The notes: a model not told the origin generated them from the letters alone. Positions 25,381-37,570 are shown, numbered from the stretch's first letter. The stretch: 64,000 nt of DNA from Octopus sinensis (GCF_006345805.1 NC_043017.1:12338001-12402000); one strand, 5' to 3'. Numbers and translations: made by a program.

Positions 25381-25910
25381 TGTCTTTTCACAACTTCTAA
25401 CGCTGGAGATGTACTACGGTGTCAGCTGTTCACTACCGGTGAACTAATGTGACACTCCTTATTTTTCGAGCACCAGCCGGAGTATTCGAGCGGGTCTAAG
25501 CAGTGCTGTTTTCTGCAAGTGCTCCGCCCTTATTGCAGCCCCTGTTTGTTCCATGTACTTCTAAAGATTTTTACTCACTGATCCCAGGGCTCCGACAATT
25601 ATTAGTACTACTACCACCTTTTTCATTGACCAAAACTGATTAACCACCCAAGCTAACCTGTTATACATATCGAATTTTCTTTCTTCCTTATCACATACCT
25701 TGTTGTCAGCTGGGCATGCTATGTCTATGATCCAGCATCGTTTACTTACTTTCTCAATTAAAACTATATCTGGTTTCCTATTCTCTATTTCATGGTCGCA
25801 CTGAATCATAAAATCCCATAGGATCTTTGCATTATCATTTTCGATGATGCCTTCGGGTTTATGTTCGTACCACTTTTTGCTCTGTCAAGTCCACACTTGT
25901 TGCAAAGAAT
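25381..25910 (-). mobile_element. RLE-LINE 3' fragment, family R3, including the restriction-like endonuclease motif
   Basis: WYEHKPEG...KILWDF; IQCDHEIENRKPDIVLIEK...IIDIACPAD; VGALGSVSK; LQKTALL; (AAT)n tail. Confidence 0.85.
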
Positions 25911-26154
25911 CATCATCATCATCATCATCGTCATCATCATCATCATCGTCATCGTCATCATCATCGTCATCGTCATCATCATCGTCATCGTCATCATCGT
26001 CATCATCATCATCGTCATCATCATCATCATCATCGTCATCATCGTCATCATCGTCATCATCATCGTCATCGTCGTCGTCGTCATCGTCATCGTCATCATC
26101 ATCGTCATCATCGTCATCGTCGTCATCGTCGTCATCATCATCATCATCATCATC

Positions 26155-26200
<46 letters not shown>
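25911..26200. repeat. (ATC/GTC)n then (ATT)n microsatellite
   Basis: Direct reading. Confidence 0.95.
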
Positions 26201-26201
<1 letters not shown>

Positions 26202-26604
26202 GGCAACAAGCCGGTAACATCGTAAGCACGCTACAAGAATTGCTTAGAGGCATTTCTTTCTGGTATTACGTTCTGAGTCTAAATACTGTCTTGAGTCTAG
26301 AGTAGAAAGGTTTATTATTATTGCTATTGGTGTACTACTTATTGTAATTAACAAATTAATCACTTGAACAATCAATTAATTTATCAGAAACTTTTCCAAG
26401 AAATTGGTGACCTCATTGATGAAATACTCACAACTGGACGGGAACTTTCTATGACAAACCAATTGTCTTATAAAAGAAAGCCAATAGGTACACGTCGTCG
26501 ATATGTTCACACGCTGAGAAGATAGGACGGTGAAGTACCAACTGACTGACAGGCGAAACATTTGCTTTGTTTATTAGATAAAATATTAGATGATGATGAT
26601 GATG

Positions 26605-26676
<72 letters not shown>

Positions 26677-26679
<3 letters not shown>

Positions 26680-26936
26680 GATAGTGCTCATGGGAACTGC
26701 TCATATCCTACGCAAAATACTTTCTATGTAATCTCAGGGTTTAAAACAAACATTATTTTCGTTTTTTTTTTTTTTTTTTTTTTTTTGGACATTCACTAGT
26801 ACAACACCAAAAAAACCCCAAAATATATGGCACACTAGGCATAACAACAACATGAACTTTCAACCTGTTGTCTCTTGATGTCTCTGGGTGAGACTTGGAG
26901 CCAACTTGTACAAATACAAAGCAAAAGTTAAACATA

Positions 26937-26938
<2 letters not shown>
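26677..26938 (+). mobile_element. RLE-LINE 3' end, family R2
   Basis: Reverse complement of 24891-25130, between (AAT)n runs. Confidence 0.8.
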
Positions 26939-27004
<66 letters not shown>

Positions 27005-27006
<2 letters not shown>

Positions 27007-27545
27007 CAGGCAGTGGCTCTCATGGCTTCTGATCTTAACTGATTGGAAGTGTTATCATGTACATTGTTTTGTCTTGGTATAAAAGATGGGCTACAGCAAA
27101 TATTTTGCTCAATACCACAGATTTGCTTGTCAGTTGTTTGACCTTAACCAGTTGAGCATGTCCCTTCGTGGCTGACAATATGTGCATCTCTGATCACGAG
27201 CAGAAGTAGTGGGGGAGCATCATAGCCATGTGTTGAGAGGGATTCTTTGGGGTTTGAATAGTTCACCTCTGGAAACATGGGTGGTTCTTTCAACATCCTT
27301 AAACAACCCTTATTCAGGGACCGTTTGAGCGGGATGGGCTACTCAATCTGAAGAAAATTCTAACTGGGCCCCACCTGCAAGGTCATGTGCTGTTTATCTT
27401 GATATGAGATCACCATGTCGCGCACATATGGTTGTGATGCATGTGCCTGGTGTACCTTTATCAGACGGGTAGTCATGATGGGTATATTGGGCTTCGTATA
27501 TTTTACCCCAGTGTCACTTTGATGGCATGCACTGCTCTCTCACTC
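27005..27545 (+). mobile_element. Family E element (longest copy)
   Basis: No long ORF; flanked by (AAT)n. Confidence 0.8.
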
Positions 27546-27580
27546 AATAATAATAATAATAATAATAATAATTATTATTA

Positions 27581-27621
<41 letters not shown>

Positions 27622-27706
27622 GTTATTATTATTGTTATTATCATTATTATTATTATTGTTATTATTATTATTATTATTAATATTATTGTTGTCGCCGTTG
27701 TTGTTG

Positions 27707-27749
<43 letters not shown>

Positions 27750-27883
27750 CATCATCATTATCATTTTAATGGCGTACTAATGTATGCAGTGCGTGTCTCT
27801 GCTCTAGGTGTCAAGAAGGCACTTAGCAAGAAAAGGAAACGGAATTAAAATATGATGATGATGATGATGATGATGATGATAAC

Positions 27884-28053
27884 TGCCCTGATGCAGTACC
27901 AGATAGTGGCTCTCATGGCTTCTGATCTTAACTGATTGCAAGTGTTATCATGTACATTGTTTTGTCTTGGTATAAAAGATGGGCTACAGCAAATATTCTG
28001 CTCAATACAACAGACTTGCTTGTCAGTTGTTTGACTTTAACCAGTTGAGCATG
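27884..28053 (+). mobile_element. Family E 5' fragment
   Basis: Matches 27005-27160 with a further 5' extension. Confidence 0.7.
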
Positions 28054-28237
28054 GTTAGGGGAACTGGCTGTATTTTGTGGTCAGAGGTCTGGAACCGAAA
28101 GACTTCGAAACGAGTAGAAGGTGAGTTTTTATAAGGAGTAATAAGTTAAAACAGGGTAGTGAGCAGAGTGTCCCACATTGTCTTAGTTATACGCGGTAGT
28201 TGGCACAATCGAGTAAGAGACAAATTACACCAATACC

Positions 28238-28469
28238 TGTTTCTTTACTACCCACAAGGGGCTAAACACAGAGGGGACAAACAAGGACAGACAAACGGAT
28301 TAAGCCGATTACATCGAGCCCAGTGCGTAACTGGTACTTATTTAATCGACCCCGAAAGGATGAAAGGCAAAGTCGACCTCGGTGGAATTTGAACTCAGAA
28401 CGTAGTGGCAGACGAAATACCGCGAACAGTTCGCCCGGAGTGCTAACGTTTCTGCCAGTTCGCCGCCTT
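28238..28469 (-). mobile_element. SINE family B
   Basis: TSD AAATTACA(C/T)CAATACC at 28222-28237 and 28470-28485. Confidence 0.85.
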
Positions 28470-28613
28470 AAATTACATCAATACCAACCAATCAGAGTAG
28501 TGGACACAACAGGAACCACATAGGGACCGAAAGCTAGCTGTTACCTACTACGTTCGAATGCACGTATATGTAATAAAAGTAGAGATGAATTTCACCAGAG
28601 GCTACGCTACATT

Positions 28614-28923
28614 ATGAATCTTTAACATCTAGGCGAAATTTTGCAAAGATGAAACATCCTGTGTTACTTTTCTTCAAGAAAAAGGAATTCTTCATCGAGA
28701 AAGAAAATGCAACAACGGTCACTTTATGAATTTCTCAGTTGGAAATCAAAATAGATGGCGGCGTGGAATTCATGGATGCAGACAAGAACAAGGATTAAGT
28801 ACAGAAAATCGGTTTGCTAATTCACGTTTATCTTTTCGTAAAGCAGCACTTTTCATATATTACTGGGCAGGCAAAATGACAAGTATCAAATTTTGTGGAC
28901 GTGAGCTTGAAATGAAAGCCAAT
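28614..28923 (+). pseudogene. Merlin (IS1016/ISXO2-like) transposase N-terminal fragment
   Basis: FLQEKGILHRERKCNNGHFMNF...RWR...CR...LSFRKAALFIYYW...TSIKFCGRELEM; stop and frameshift near the start, truncated by a SINE. Confidence 0.65.
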
Positions 28924-29034
28924 TTGTAAGCCTAGTACTTATTCTATCGGTCTCTTTTGCCGAACCGCTGAGTTATGCGGACGTAAACACACCAACATCG
29001 GTTGTCAAGCGATGCTGGGGGACATATACACATG

Positions 29035-29078
<44 letters not shown>

Positions 29079-29272
29079 CATGTGTATATGTTTGTGTGTC
29101 TTTGTCCCCCTAGCATCGCATAATTCACCGGTTCGGGAAAAGAGACCGATAGAATAAGTACTAGGCTTACAAAGAATACGCTCTGGGGATCGATTTGCTC
29201 GACTATAAAGGCGGTGCTCCAGCAAGGCCGCAGTCAAATGACTGAAACAAGTAAAAGAATAAAAGAATAAAG
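28924..29272. mobile_element. Two SINE family A 3' halves in inverted orientation around one microsatellite
   Basis: 28924-29030 on minus, 29085-29272 on plus. Confidence 0.75.
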
Positions 29273-29548
29273 ACTAGACACACATGCGTTTATGGGTACA
29301 GGACGTCACCAACAGTAAACAACATGAAATACGAAAACAAAGAAGTTCAATACGCAAACAACGAGAGAAACAAATGGAAAACAACAAGCGACATAAAGAA
29401 TGACCACACACACACACACAGACGGGTTGTGGTCAGACTGACCTGGGGTTAAACTTGAGAAACAACATCATAAAAACAACAACACACAATAACAACGTAA
29501 AAACTGCGTATTTGTAATAAAATCCATTTTATTTCAAAAATACCAAAA

Positions 29549-30011
29549 TATATTTCTTTACTGCCCACAAGGGGCTAAACATATAGGGGACAAACAAGGA
29601 CAGACAAACGGATTAAGTCGATTACATCGACCCCAGTGCGTAACTGGTACTTAATTTATCGACCCCGAAAGGATGAAAGGCAAAGTCGACCTCGGCGGAA
29701 TTTGAACTCGGAACGTAACGACAGACGAAATACCTATTTCTTTACTACCCACAAGGGGCTAAACACAGAGGGGATAAACAAGGACAGACAAATGGATTAA
29801 GTCGATTACATCGACCCCAGTGCCTAAACGGATGCCAAACGGATGAAGTCGATTACATCGACCCCAGTGCGTAACTGGTACTTAATTTATCGACCCCGAA
29901 AGGATGAAAGGCAGAGTCGACCTCGGCGGAATTTGAACTCGGAACGTAACGACAGACGAAATACGGCTACGCATTTCGCCCGGCGTGCTAACGTTTCTGC
30001 CAGCTCGCCGC
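29549..30011 (-). mobile_element. SINE family B multimer
   Basis: Single TSD CAAAAATACCAAAA at 29535-29548 and 30012-30025. Confidence 0.85.
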
Positions 30012-30407
30012 CAAAAATACCAAAACATCCGAGAAATTAGAGGAATTTATCAAGTAAAATTGAAAATAATACGCGAGTTCTCTGACCTAATTTGTTTGTG
30101 TGGTTCTTTCCGTCTCTTTCTCTCACTCTCTCTCTCTTCCTCACTGTCTCTGTCTCTTTCTTTTCTCTCCCCTCTCTCCATCTCTCTCTCTATCGCTCTT
30201 TCTCTCTTTCTCTTTGAGTTCCTCCTTCGGTGCACTTAAACTTTCTTCCGGAGTTGATAACATAAATACGTAACATACATTTTGAGTCATTTTTGATTGT
30301 TTTTATAAACGAGTTGTGACTGTATATGTTTTGATGTGCATTTACATATAGACTTGAATGTAAGAGTATGCACGAGTGTGTGTGTATATGTATATAAATA
30401 AATAATG

Positions 30408-30456
<49 letters not shown>

Positions 30457-30460
30457 ATAA

Positions 30461-30619
30461 GATTAATCAGCCGAAATTGCGAGGATGATCCGGTTCTTGA
30501 CTGAAGATTGAGGGCTTCGAATGTCCCGTCCGTGTTATTTGTATCGTCTTCTAAGTGTTTTGCGTTCTTGTCCCAGTTTGTATTTTTTTTCTACATATAA
30601 TATAATAATAATAATAATA

Positions 30620-30689
<70 letters not shown>

Positions 30690-30821
30690 TTAATCAGCCG
30701 AAATTGCGAGGATGATCCGGTTCTTGACTGAAGATTGAGGGCTTCGAATGTCCCGTCCGTGTTATTTGTATCGTCTTCTAAGTGTTTTGCGTTCTTGTCC
30801 CAGTTTGTATTTTTTTTCTAC

Positions 30822-30822
<1 letters not shown>
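30461..30822 (+). mobile_element. Two tandem family P fragments (227-bp period) in TA/TAA repeats
   Basis: Identical units start at 30461 and 30688. Confidence 0.8.
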
Positions 30823-30853
<31 letters not shown>

Positions 30854-30869
30854 TAATAATAATAATAAT

Positions 30870-30909
<40 letters not shown>

Positions 30910-30926
30910 ATATAGTTGAGTGTAGA

Positions 30927-31395
30927 AATTCGGGGTGAGTACTGATAATTATAAGCTTGTATCCGTTAGGTGGTGTAGGTGGTGGAGTAAATGATCAAAA
31001 AAAAATAAAAACATGAGGCGAAGATTCAGCGTACATATGTTTCGGGCCTTTATTAGACAGATTCTAAACAAAGCAAATGATGTCTGTGGCCTTCTTCAGC
31101 CGCGCAGCAACAGCTTCCCAAGGACATGTGTTACATCCAAAAATCTATTGGGGATGCAAATCCTCCGTTCGTTCCCGTACGAAAATCGGCAGCACTGCCG
31201 CATTATGTCGTACGGGAACGGGAGGATTGCATCCCCACCAATTTTTGGATGTAACACATTCCTTGTGGAGCTGTTGTGCGCGGCTGAAGAAGGCCACAGA
31301 CATACATTATGCTTTTATTGATCTGTCTATAAAGGCCCGAAACATATTACCGCTGATCCTTCGCCTCATGTTTTTTTATTTTTATTTTGATCAAT
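30927..31395 (-). mobile_element. Family H3 fold-back element, short version
   Basis: Same tail and outer boundary as 12459-15243; arms ~30991-31182 and 31208-31395, 25-bp spacer; hammerhead motifs each with a 1-bp deletion. Confidence 0.75.
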
Positions 31396-31429
31396 ATATA
31401 TATATATATATCTATATATATATATAATA

Positions 31430-31610
31430 ATAGGGTTCAGCAAAGATTTGCTTTACCACATACCGAAGTTTAGAAATAGCAGTCAAAACCCTTATTATTA
31501 AGTATTACTTAAGTTTACCGTGAAATCGTCCCTTTTTCATGCCGAATTCTACTTGGTGAATTATGATTACTTCTTAATTAATTAATTTTACCCTTTGTTA
31601 TTATATATTT
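31430..31610 (+). mobile_element. Family H1 copy with most of the right arm deleted
   Basis: AGGGTTCAGCAAA...CATACCGAA...AGAAATAGCAG plus homologous tail. Confidence 0.55.
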
Positions 31611-31889
31611 ATATATATATATATATATATATAAATACTGTGTACATTTTTCATTTTTCATTCCCTTTCGAAATTACCACTAATTAGTGGTTTGTAGTTT
31701 AACTGCTCTTTCTAGCGAGTCAGATGTCCTGTTATGGCCATCTCTTATGTGTTTAAATGCACACTGTATTTTTATATGAATAATATATAGTCTATTGACT
31801 AGTTTTTTCTTCTTGCCAGACCACTGGTAGCAAAGAATTTTCGAAATTTTGTTGGTACCCTAAAATTTATTAATTAATGATAAAATGTT

Positions 31890-32150
31890 TTTGGGCTATA
31901 ACATTGTCCCGAGGGAGATCAAAGAGGAAAATGATCCCATCAACTTTAAACGGAGTCTGGATAGATTCCTTCAAAGAATACCAGATAAGCCACCCATAAT
32001 TGGATACAATTCTCCCAACAAGAACTCACTACTTGAATGGACCATAAACAAAACTTGACTTAAACAGGATTCGAATAATCCTATCAGGTGGTGCTATTAA
32101 GTTAGACATGGCCTGGACCAATCTTTGGTCGAAACATATCTAATTTTATC
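31890..32150 (+). mobile_element. CR1-type LINE 3' fragment
   Basis: YNIVPREIKEENDPINFKRSLDRFLQRIPDKPPIIGYNSPNKNSLLEW*. Confidence 0.7.
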
Positions 32151-32303
32151 TAAGTTTATATATAAGGATAAGGGAAATTACAGCAGGAATATAGGATGTG
32201 AAGTTGGATACGATGTGAATCATGATAAATAATTTTTTACTCTTTAGTGAATCAGTTCATATCTTTAAAAAATCCATACAGAAATATATTATAATATTTG
32301 ATA

Positions 32304-32699
32304 TCTTTATATATAAAAGTGAAGTTGTGTGTCTGTCTCCTACGATTTAGATTCCTAACTACTCCCACATTTTGCGGTGCAGTTTAACCAAAACCGGGTA
32401 TCTTATAGTCGTGATTCATATCGAGCCCTTCTGGGTATTAGCGCGCGTCTACGATGAGTCTACGATTTAAAAAAAAATTTACCATCTTTTTTTCCATTTT
32501 AATGCATTTTTTCGCTATTATATAAGGGAAGTAACTCTCTAAAAATGTCTACGATGAGTCAACGATTTTTAAAAAAAATTACCATCATTTTTTTCTCATT
32601 TTTAATGCATTTTTTTCTATTTTTTGGCTATAACTCTCTAAAAATGCTTATATAGTTATTTCCCTTACAAACCCGAGCAACGCCGGGCGATACTGCTAG
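32304..32699 (+). mobile_element. Non-autonomous Helitron
   Basis: 5' TC, 3' hairpin CCCGAGCAACGCCGGG then CTAG; inserted A|T; absent from paralogous flanks at ~2150 and ~9710. Confidence 0.85.
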
Positions 32700-32940
32700 T
32701 TTAACATATAAAAGGATTTATTGAAAGTACCATCGTGTATGTAATTCAATAATGGTCTTATAATTCGATCATATAATAGATATTGATAATTTCATTGGCA
32801 ATGGAGATCTAAATAAACGTTTAAAACGAAAACAAATATACGCTTTCGAAATTACAGGTTGAAGAATACATGCTATACGTTTGACGCAAAAAAATCAGAA
32901 GAAAAGAAATAGCGTCAAATGCATATAACTCGGAGTCACA

Positions 32941-32990
<50 letters not shown>

Positions 32991-33019
32991 TAATAATAAT
33001 AATATATAATAATAATGAC

Positions 33020-33057
<38 letters not shown>

Positions 33058-33286
33058 CAATAATAATAATAATAATAATATAATAATAATATAATAATAA
33101 TATAATAATAATATAATAATAATAATAATAATAATATAATAATAAGAATAATAATATAATAATAATAATAATAATAATAATGATAATAATAATAATGATA
33201 ATAATAATAATAATAATAATGATGATGATGATGATGATGATGAAGATAACAACAACAACAACAACATAATAATAATAATAATAATT

Positions 33287-33420
33287 AATTCGTTTATCGG
33301 CCACAAGGGCTAACAAAAATCAAAACATGTAGGAACAAAACACAGGAAGATAATAATAATAATAATAAGAAGAAGAAGAAGAAGAAGAAGGAGAAGAAGA
33401 AGAAGAAGAAGAAGAAGAAA

Positions 33421-33504
<84 letters not shown>

Positions 33505-34226
33505 AATGATGATGAATAATGTTTTCTTGATTAATCACTAGAAGTAGGGACAGTACAGGACAGTCTAATGTGGGGTTACATAAACATACGTGTAAAAAGT
33601 TTTAAAAAATACTAGGAAAATATAGATTTTAACAATGAGCTTTTACCCGCGAAACCCCACAAAACCAAGAAGGCCTTGATCACTAGGGCAAGTGTCCTCT
33701 CTACATTATCTTTAGGTGCATGCTTAGAGAAGGCCCGTTCACTCGGACCATTCTTGTCACGTTCGCCCACCTTTCAACAACATTACTGCGGAGGCAGCAC
33801 TTCTCTCGCTACCCTCAATTTCCTTTTCAAGTGAAACTTGAAAAAGTTGATGAGAGCTTGTCCAAAAAGGTAAGTGTCTGCCTTCAACCCTTTCAATCTG
33901 GTCCGCCACACAACTTCTTTCGCTAAGGCCACCAGACGAAGAAACACTGCCTGCTGCCCATCTCCGCCAAAGAAAGATGACGGGACGATCTTCACAATGG
34001 ACTCAGTCGATAGCTGGATCACTCCTGCACGTGACAGCAGTTGTTCAGCGTAAACCAAGAAGTCAATGATGCTTGGGGAGCGAACGGAGGCTTGCAGAAC
34101 AGTTACGTCGCTCTGCTCGTACCTCGGGCAACCACGGCTGACGGTACTTCCACGCTTGTAGAGTTTATCCCGATCCGATAATGCATTCCTGTGGCACTGC
34201 AAGGCCATAGATTTCAGGTAATTATC
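33287..34226 (-). mobile_element. L1/Tx1-clade non-LTR retrotransposon 3' fragment
   Basis: DNYLKSMALQCHRNALSDRDKL, degenerate knuckle GCPRYEQSDVTVLQASVRSP, AKEVVWRTR, FFKFHLKRK, then frameshifted VVERW; 3' end AGCCCTTGTGGCCGATAAA. Confidence 0.7.
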
Positions 34227-35134
34227 CGTAGGCCTTTCAAAGTCCCTCCACTCACCAGGAGGCTTCAACCTCATCTGATCATCGTTCATGAAGAAAGCAA
34301 ATCCTATGAAATCCCAAAGACGATTCTTCTCCTTAGAAACAGAAGCAGTGGAATATGGGATCCATTTCCAGGCTCCTTCCAATGGATTTTCGGCATTGTA
34401 CTCGAAAATATCGTTACTGTTGCTCAAGTTATCCAAGCAACGGAATTTTTGTGTCCCCTTGGGGCAGACGATGATACCATACATCACTTCTCTCAAGTAT
34501 TTCGTTCTTTTATACGGATCCAAGTAGACAAACGTTCCATATTTCTTCATTTCGATCTCTTCACACCCCATGATAGTTTTATATTCCTCAATAATGTCTG
34601 TGATACTTGCAATGAAATTATGGGTTATAAACGGGAATAATTTCACCCTGAACATGGCGGACTTGATTAAGAGATTTTCCAACGTATTTCGGTTTTCTAC
34701 ATCTTCGACATTTCTCAACAGATGGTCCCTCTTATTCTTGTTACTCGCTTTTAATCGTTCGTCATCTGGAAAATTGCAGATAAAATCGTGGGGGTAGAGA
34801 TGAAACCATGTAAAATAACAATCATCGAATTCATAACTGCTGGATCCCTTCGCCCCACGAAGACCTTCCCTTTCAATTGCTTCCACATATTTGGTAGTAC
34901 CGTGGCACAAATAAGTGAAAGGATACACAGTTCGGCCGTGCTCCTCGACGTTCTTTTCACCGAAGCTAGCGATTAATTGAACATCGGAGATTTTGTCGAA
35001 ATCCAATCCGTCAATTGTATTTCAGGTAAGGGAACAAATGTGTTAAGGGCGTATTGACCCTTCTCTTCCGTCTTACTTATATCGTCCCACTGGTATTCTT
35101 TAACAGTTTCGTACTGTCTCTGTCCTTTGCCCAT
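33783..35134 (-). pseudogene. Paralogue 3: 1-bp deletion at ~35011 and in-frame fusion to a Tx1 C-terminus
   Basis: ATG at 35132-35134 (MGKGQRQYETVKEYQWDDISK); plus strand CCGTCAATTG vs CCGTCCAATTG in paralogues 1 and 2; remainder open to 33783. Confidence 0.8.
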
Positions 35135-35640
35135 GGTTGTTTAGAATGAAGAATGTCAGAGAGGAAACAACTCGTGTTGTTCATATAGGTGTGACAAGAA
35201 ACTAAAGTAAAATGAAAGTAAAATGAACAGGCTACATTTTGTCAACGACTGAGTTTGTGCGTAGGTGTGTGTGTGCAGTGTATCTGTGAGTGCGATGTCA
35301 GGACATTATATAATGACTAAATCCCCCACGAAGTTCGTTTTGTGTGTATATCTATCTGTCACTTGGTCTGTCTGTCTGCTTGCTTTTTTTCTCTTTCTAT
35401 TTTACACAGCAACAGTCGCACATATACACAGCAACACTGAAAAGAGGACAGCTATAAGAATGCCTATTAGATTTATTGAGAAACAGCAGTCGGTAGAAGC
35501 GGAATATAAAACAAACAGGTTCTACCTTCTTTCCGAATTGGAATTCTTTTGTCATGTCGCATTATATACAATATTTATAATATATATACAACATTATATA
35601 CAACATTATATATATATATAATAGATATATATATATAATA

Positions 35641-35688
<48 letters not shown>

Positions 35689-35748
35689 TATATATATATT
35701 ATATAAATATATTGTATATATATATATGTATGTATATATATTAATATA

Positions 35749-35806
<58 letters not shown>

Positions 35807-35922
35807 CATGCATATATGGGTACAGGATATCAAAAAAACGTTGAACACAATGAGAAACGAAAACATAAAAACAAAAAACAGAAACGAACTTTTTTTCAAA
35901 CAACGAATATATATATATATAT

Positions 35923-36089
35923 AGGCGCAGGAGTGGCTGTGTGGTAAGTAGCTGCTAACCAACCAACATGGTTCCGGGTTCCCTCCCACTGCGTGGCACT
36001 TGGGCAAGTGTCTCCTGCTATAGCCCCGGGCCGACCAATGCCTTGTGAGTGGATTTGTTGACGGAAACTGAAAGAAGTCTGTCGTATAC

Positions 36090-36090
<1 letters not shown>
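35923..36090 (+). mobile_element. SINE family A 5' half
   Basis: AGGCGCAGGAGTGGCTGTGTGG head, ends in (TA)n. Confidence 0.85.
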
Positions 36091-36123
<33 letters not shown>

Positions 36124-36174
36124 ATATATCTATATATATATATATATATCTATATATATATATATAATTATAAA

Positions 36175-36555
36175 GTAATTCAAAATATGGGTCATGAACG
36201 CAAAACATCCAAACAGATGATACAAAAAAGGGACAAGAAAAAACAAGGACGCGTCATTCGGAGTTTTCTTTCCTCAGTCGAGTTCCAGATTATCTTTGCA
36301 ATTTCGGCTGGTTCTACTCGAGAGCGCTCCAATCTAGCCAGTCCCAAGGAAAAACTAAGTTTAGAGCACTAGATTCCTTGGAAGAAAGCAGCGAATGTAT
36401 ACGAAAACAAGTACGGAGAAAAAACGAGAAATGCAATTAATAGGACATTACCAACAAGTGTCTTTCGTCTGAGGACGAATTAAATAAAGGTGGCGTGTGT
36501 GGAAGTAAAGCCTAATGGCAGGGACATAAGAGACGACAGGCATGGAAATGAATGC
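36175..36555 (-). mobile_element. Family P element
   Basis: Reverse-strand homologue of 37095-37465. Confidence 0.7.
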
Positions 36556-36574
36556 ACATATATATATATACTCT

Positions 36575-37570
36575 CTTTTACTCTTTTACTTGTTTCAGTC
36601 ATTTGACTGCGGCCATGCTGGAGCACCGCCTTTAGTCGAGCAAATCGACCCCGGGACTTATTCTTTTTGTAAGCCCAGTACTTATTCTATCGGTCACTTG
36701 CCGAACCGCTAAGTTACGGGGGACATAATCACACCAGCATCGGTTGTCAAGCGATGGGGGATGGGAAGCAGACACACAAATATATATATTTTTCTAAATC
36801 TTGTACGACTCTATTTCTGTCTATCAGCCCTTTCACGCTTATTCGTTCCTTCCTCTTCGTTCTTTCGTTTCCCCTCTCTCACATTTCTTTGCCTTCTCTT
36901 CTTACTCACTTTCCCTCCACTTTTCAATTCACTGTGTCCCTGTCATATTTTCTCGCCCCTCCTTAATTCTTCTGTCCCTCTGCTTCTATTTCTCTCTCTT
37001 CTCTTCCCACGTGACCACCGGTCAGCCAAGCCTGTTCTTTCTTTCTTGGTCTGACCGTTGTCCGTGCAATATCGATATTCTTCCCTGTATTTGTAAAACT
37101 TTTGTATCTCTGCCGTAAGGCTTCATTTCCACACACGCCAGCTTAATTCAATTTGTCCTCAGTCGAAAGACACCTGTTGTTATGTCCTGTTATAATTTTT
37201 ATTGTATTTATTATTGTATTTATATTTGTGCAACTTTGTCCGTTTTCCAGCCCTGTTTTTGTAAACATTCGCTGCTTTCTTCCTAGGAATCTAATGCCCG
37301 TAGCTTAATTTTTCCTTGGGGCTGGCCAGACTGGAGCAATCCCAAGAAAAATCAGCCGAAATTGCGAGGATAATCAGGTGCTTGACTGAGGAACGTAAAC
37401 TTCGAATGACCCATCCTTGTTTTCTTTGTATCGTCTATCTGGATGTTTTGTTGTCCTATTTTGTATATATATATATACATATATTTGACGAGCTTCTTTC
37501 AGTTTCCGTCTACCAAACCCACTCACAAGGTGCCACGCAGTGAGGCTGAACCCGGAACCATGTGGTTCCA
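36575..37570 (-). mobile_element. SINE family A split by a family P insertion (~36790-37475) in its central microsatellite
   Basis: 3' half 36575-36785, 5' half ~37485-37570. Confidence 0.7.

Larger units (their letters stand above)
32185..35220 (+). repeat. Older third copy of the gene-containing segment (homologous to ~2050-3540)
   Basis: Flank homology either side of a Helitron, followed by the gene. Confidence 0.85.

Noticed and set aside
28085-28135. 36-nt exon ending AAG|GTGAGT
   Set aside because: Weak acceptor, and no phase-compatible chain with other candidates could be built
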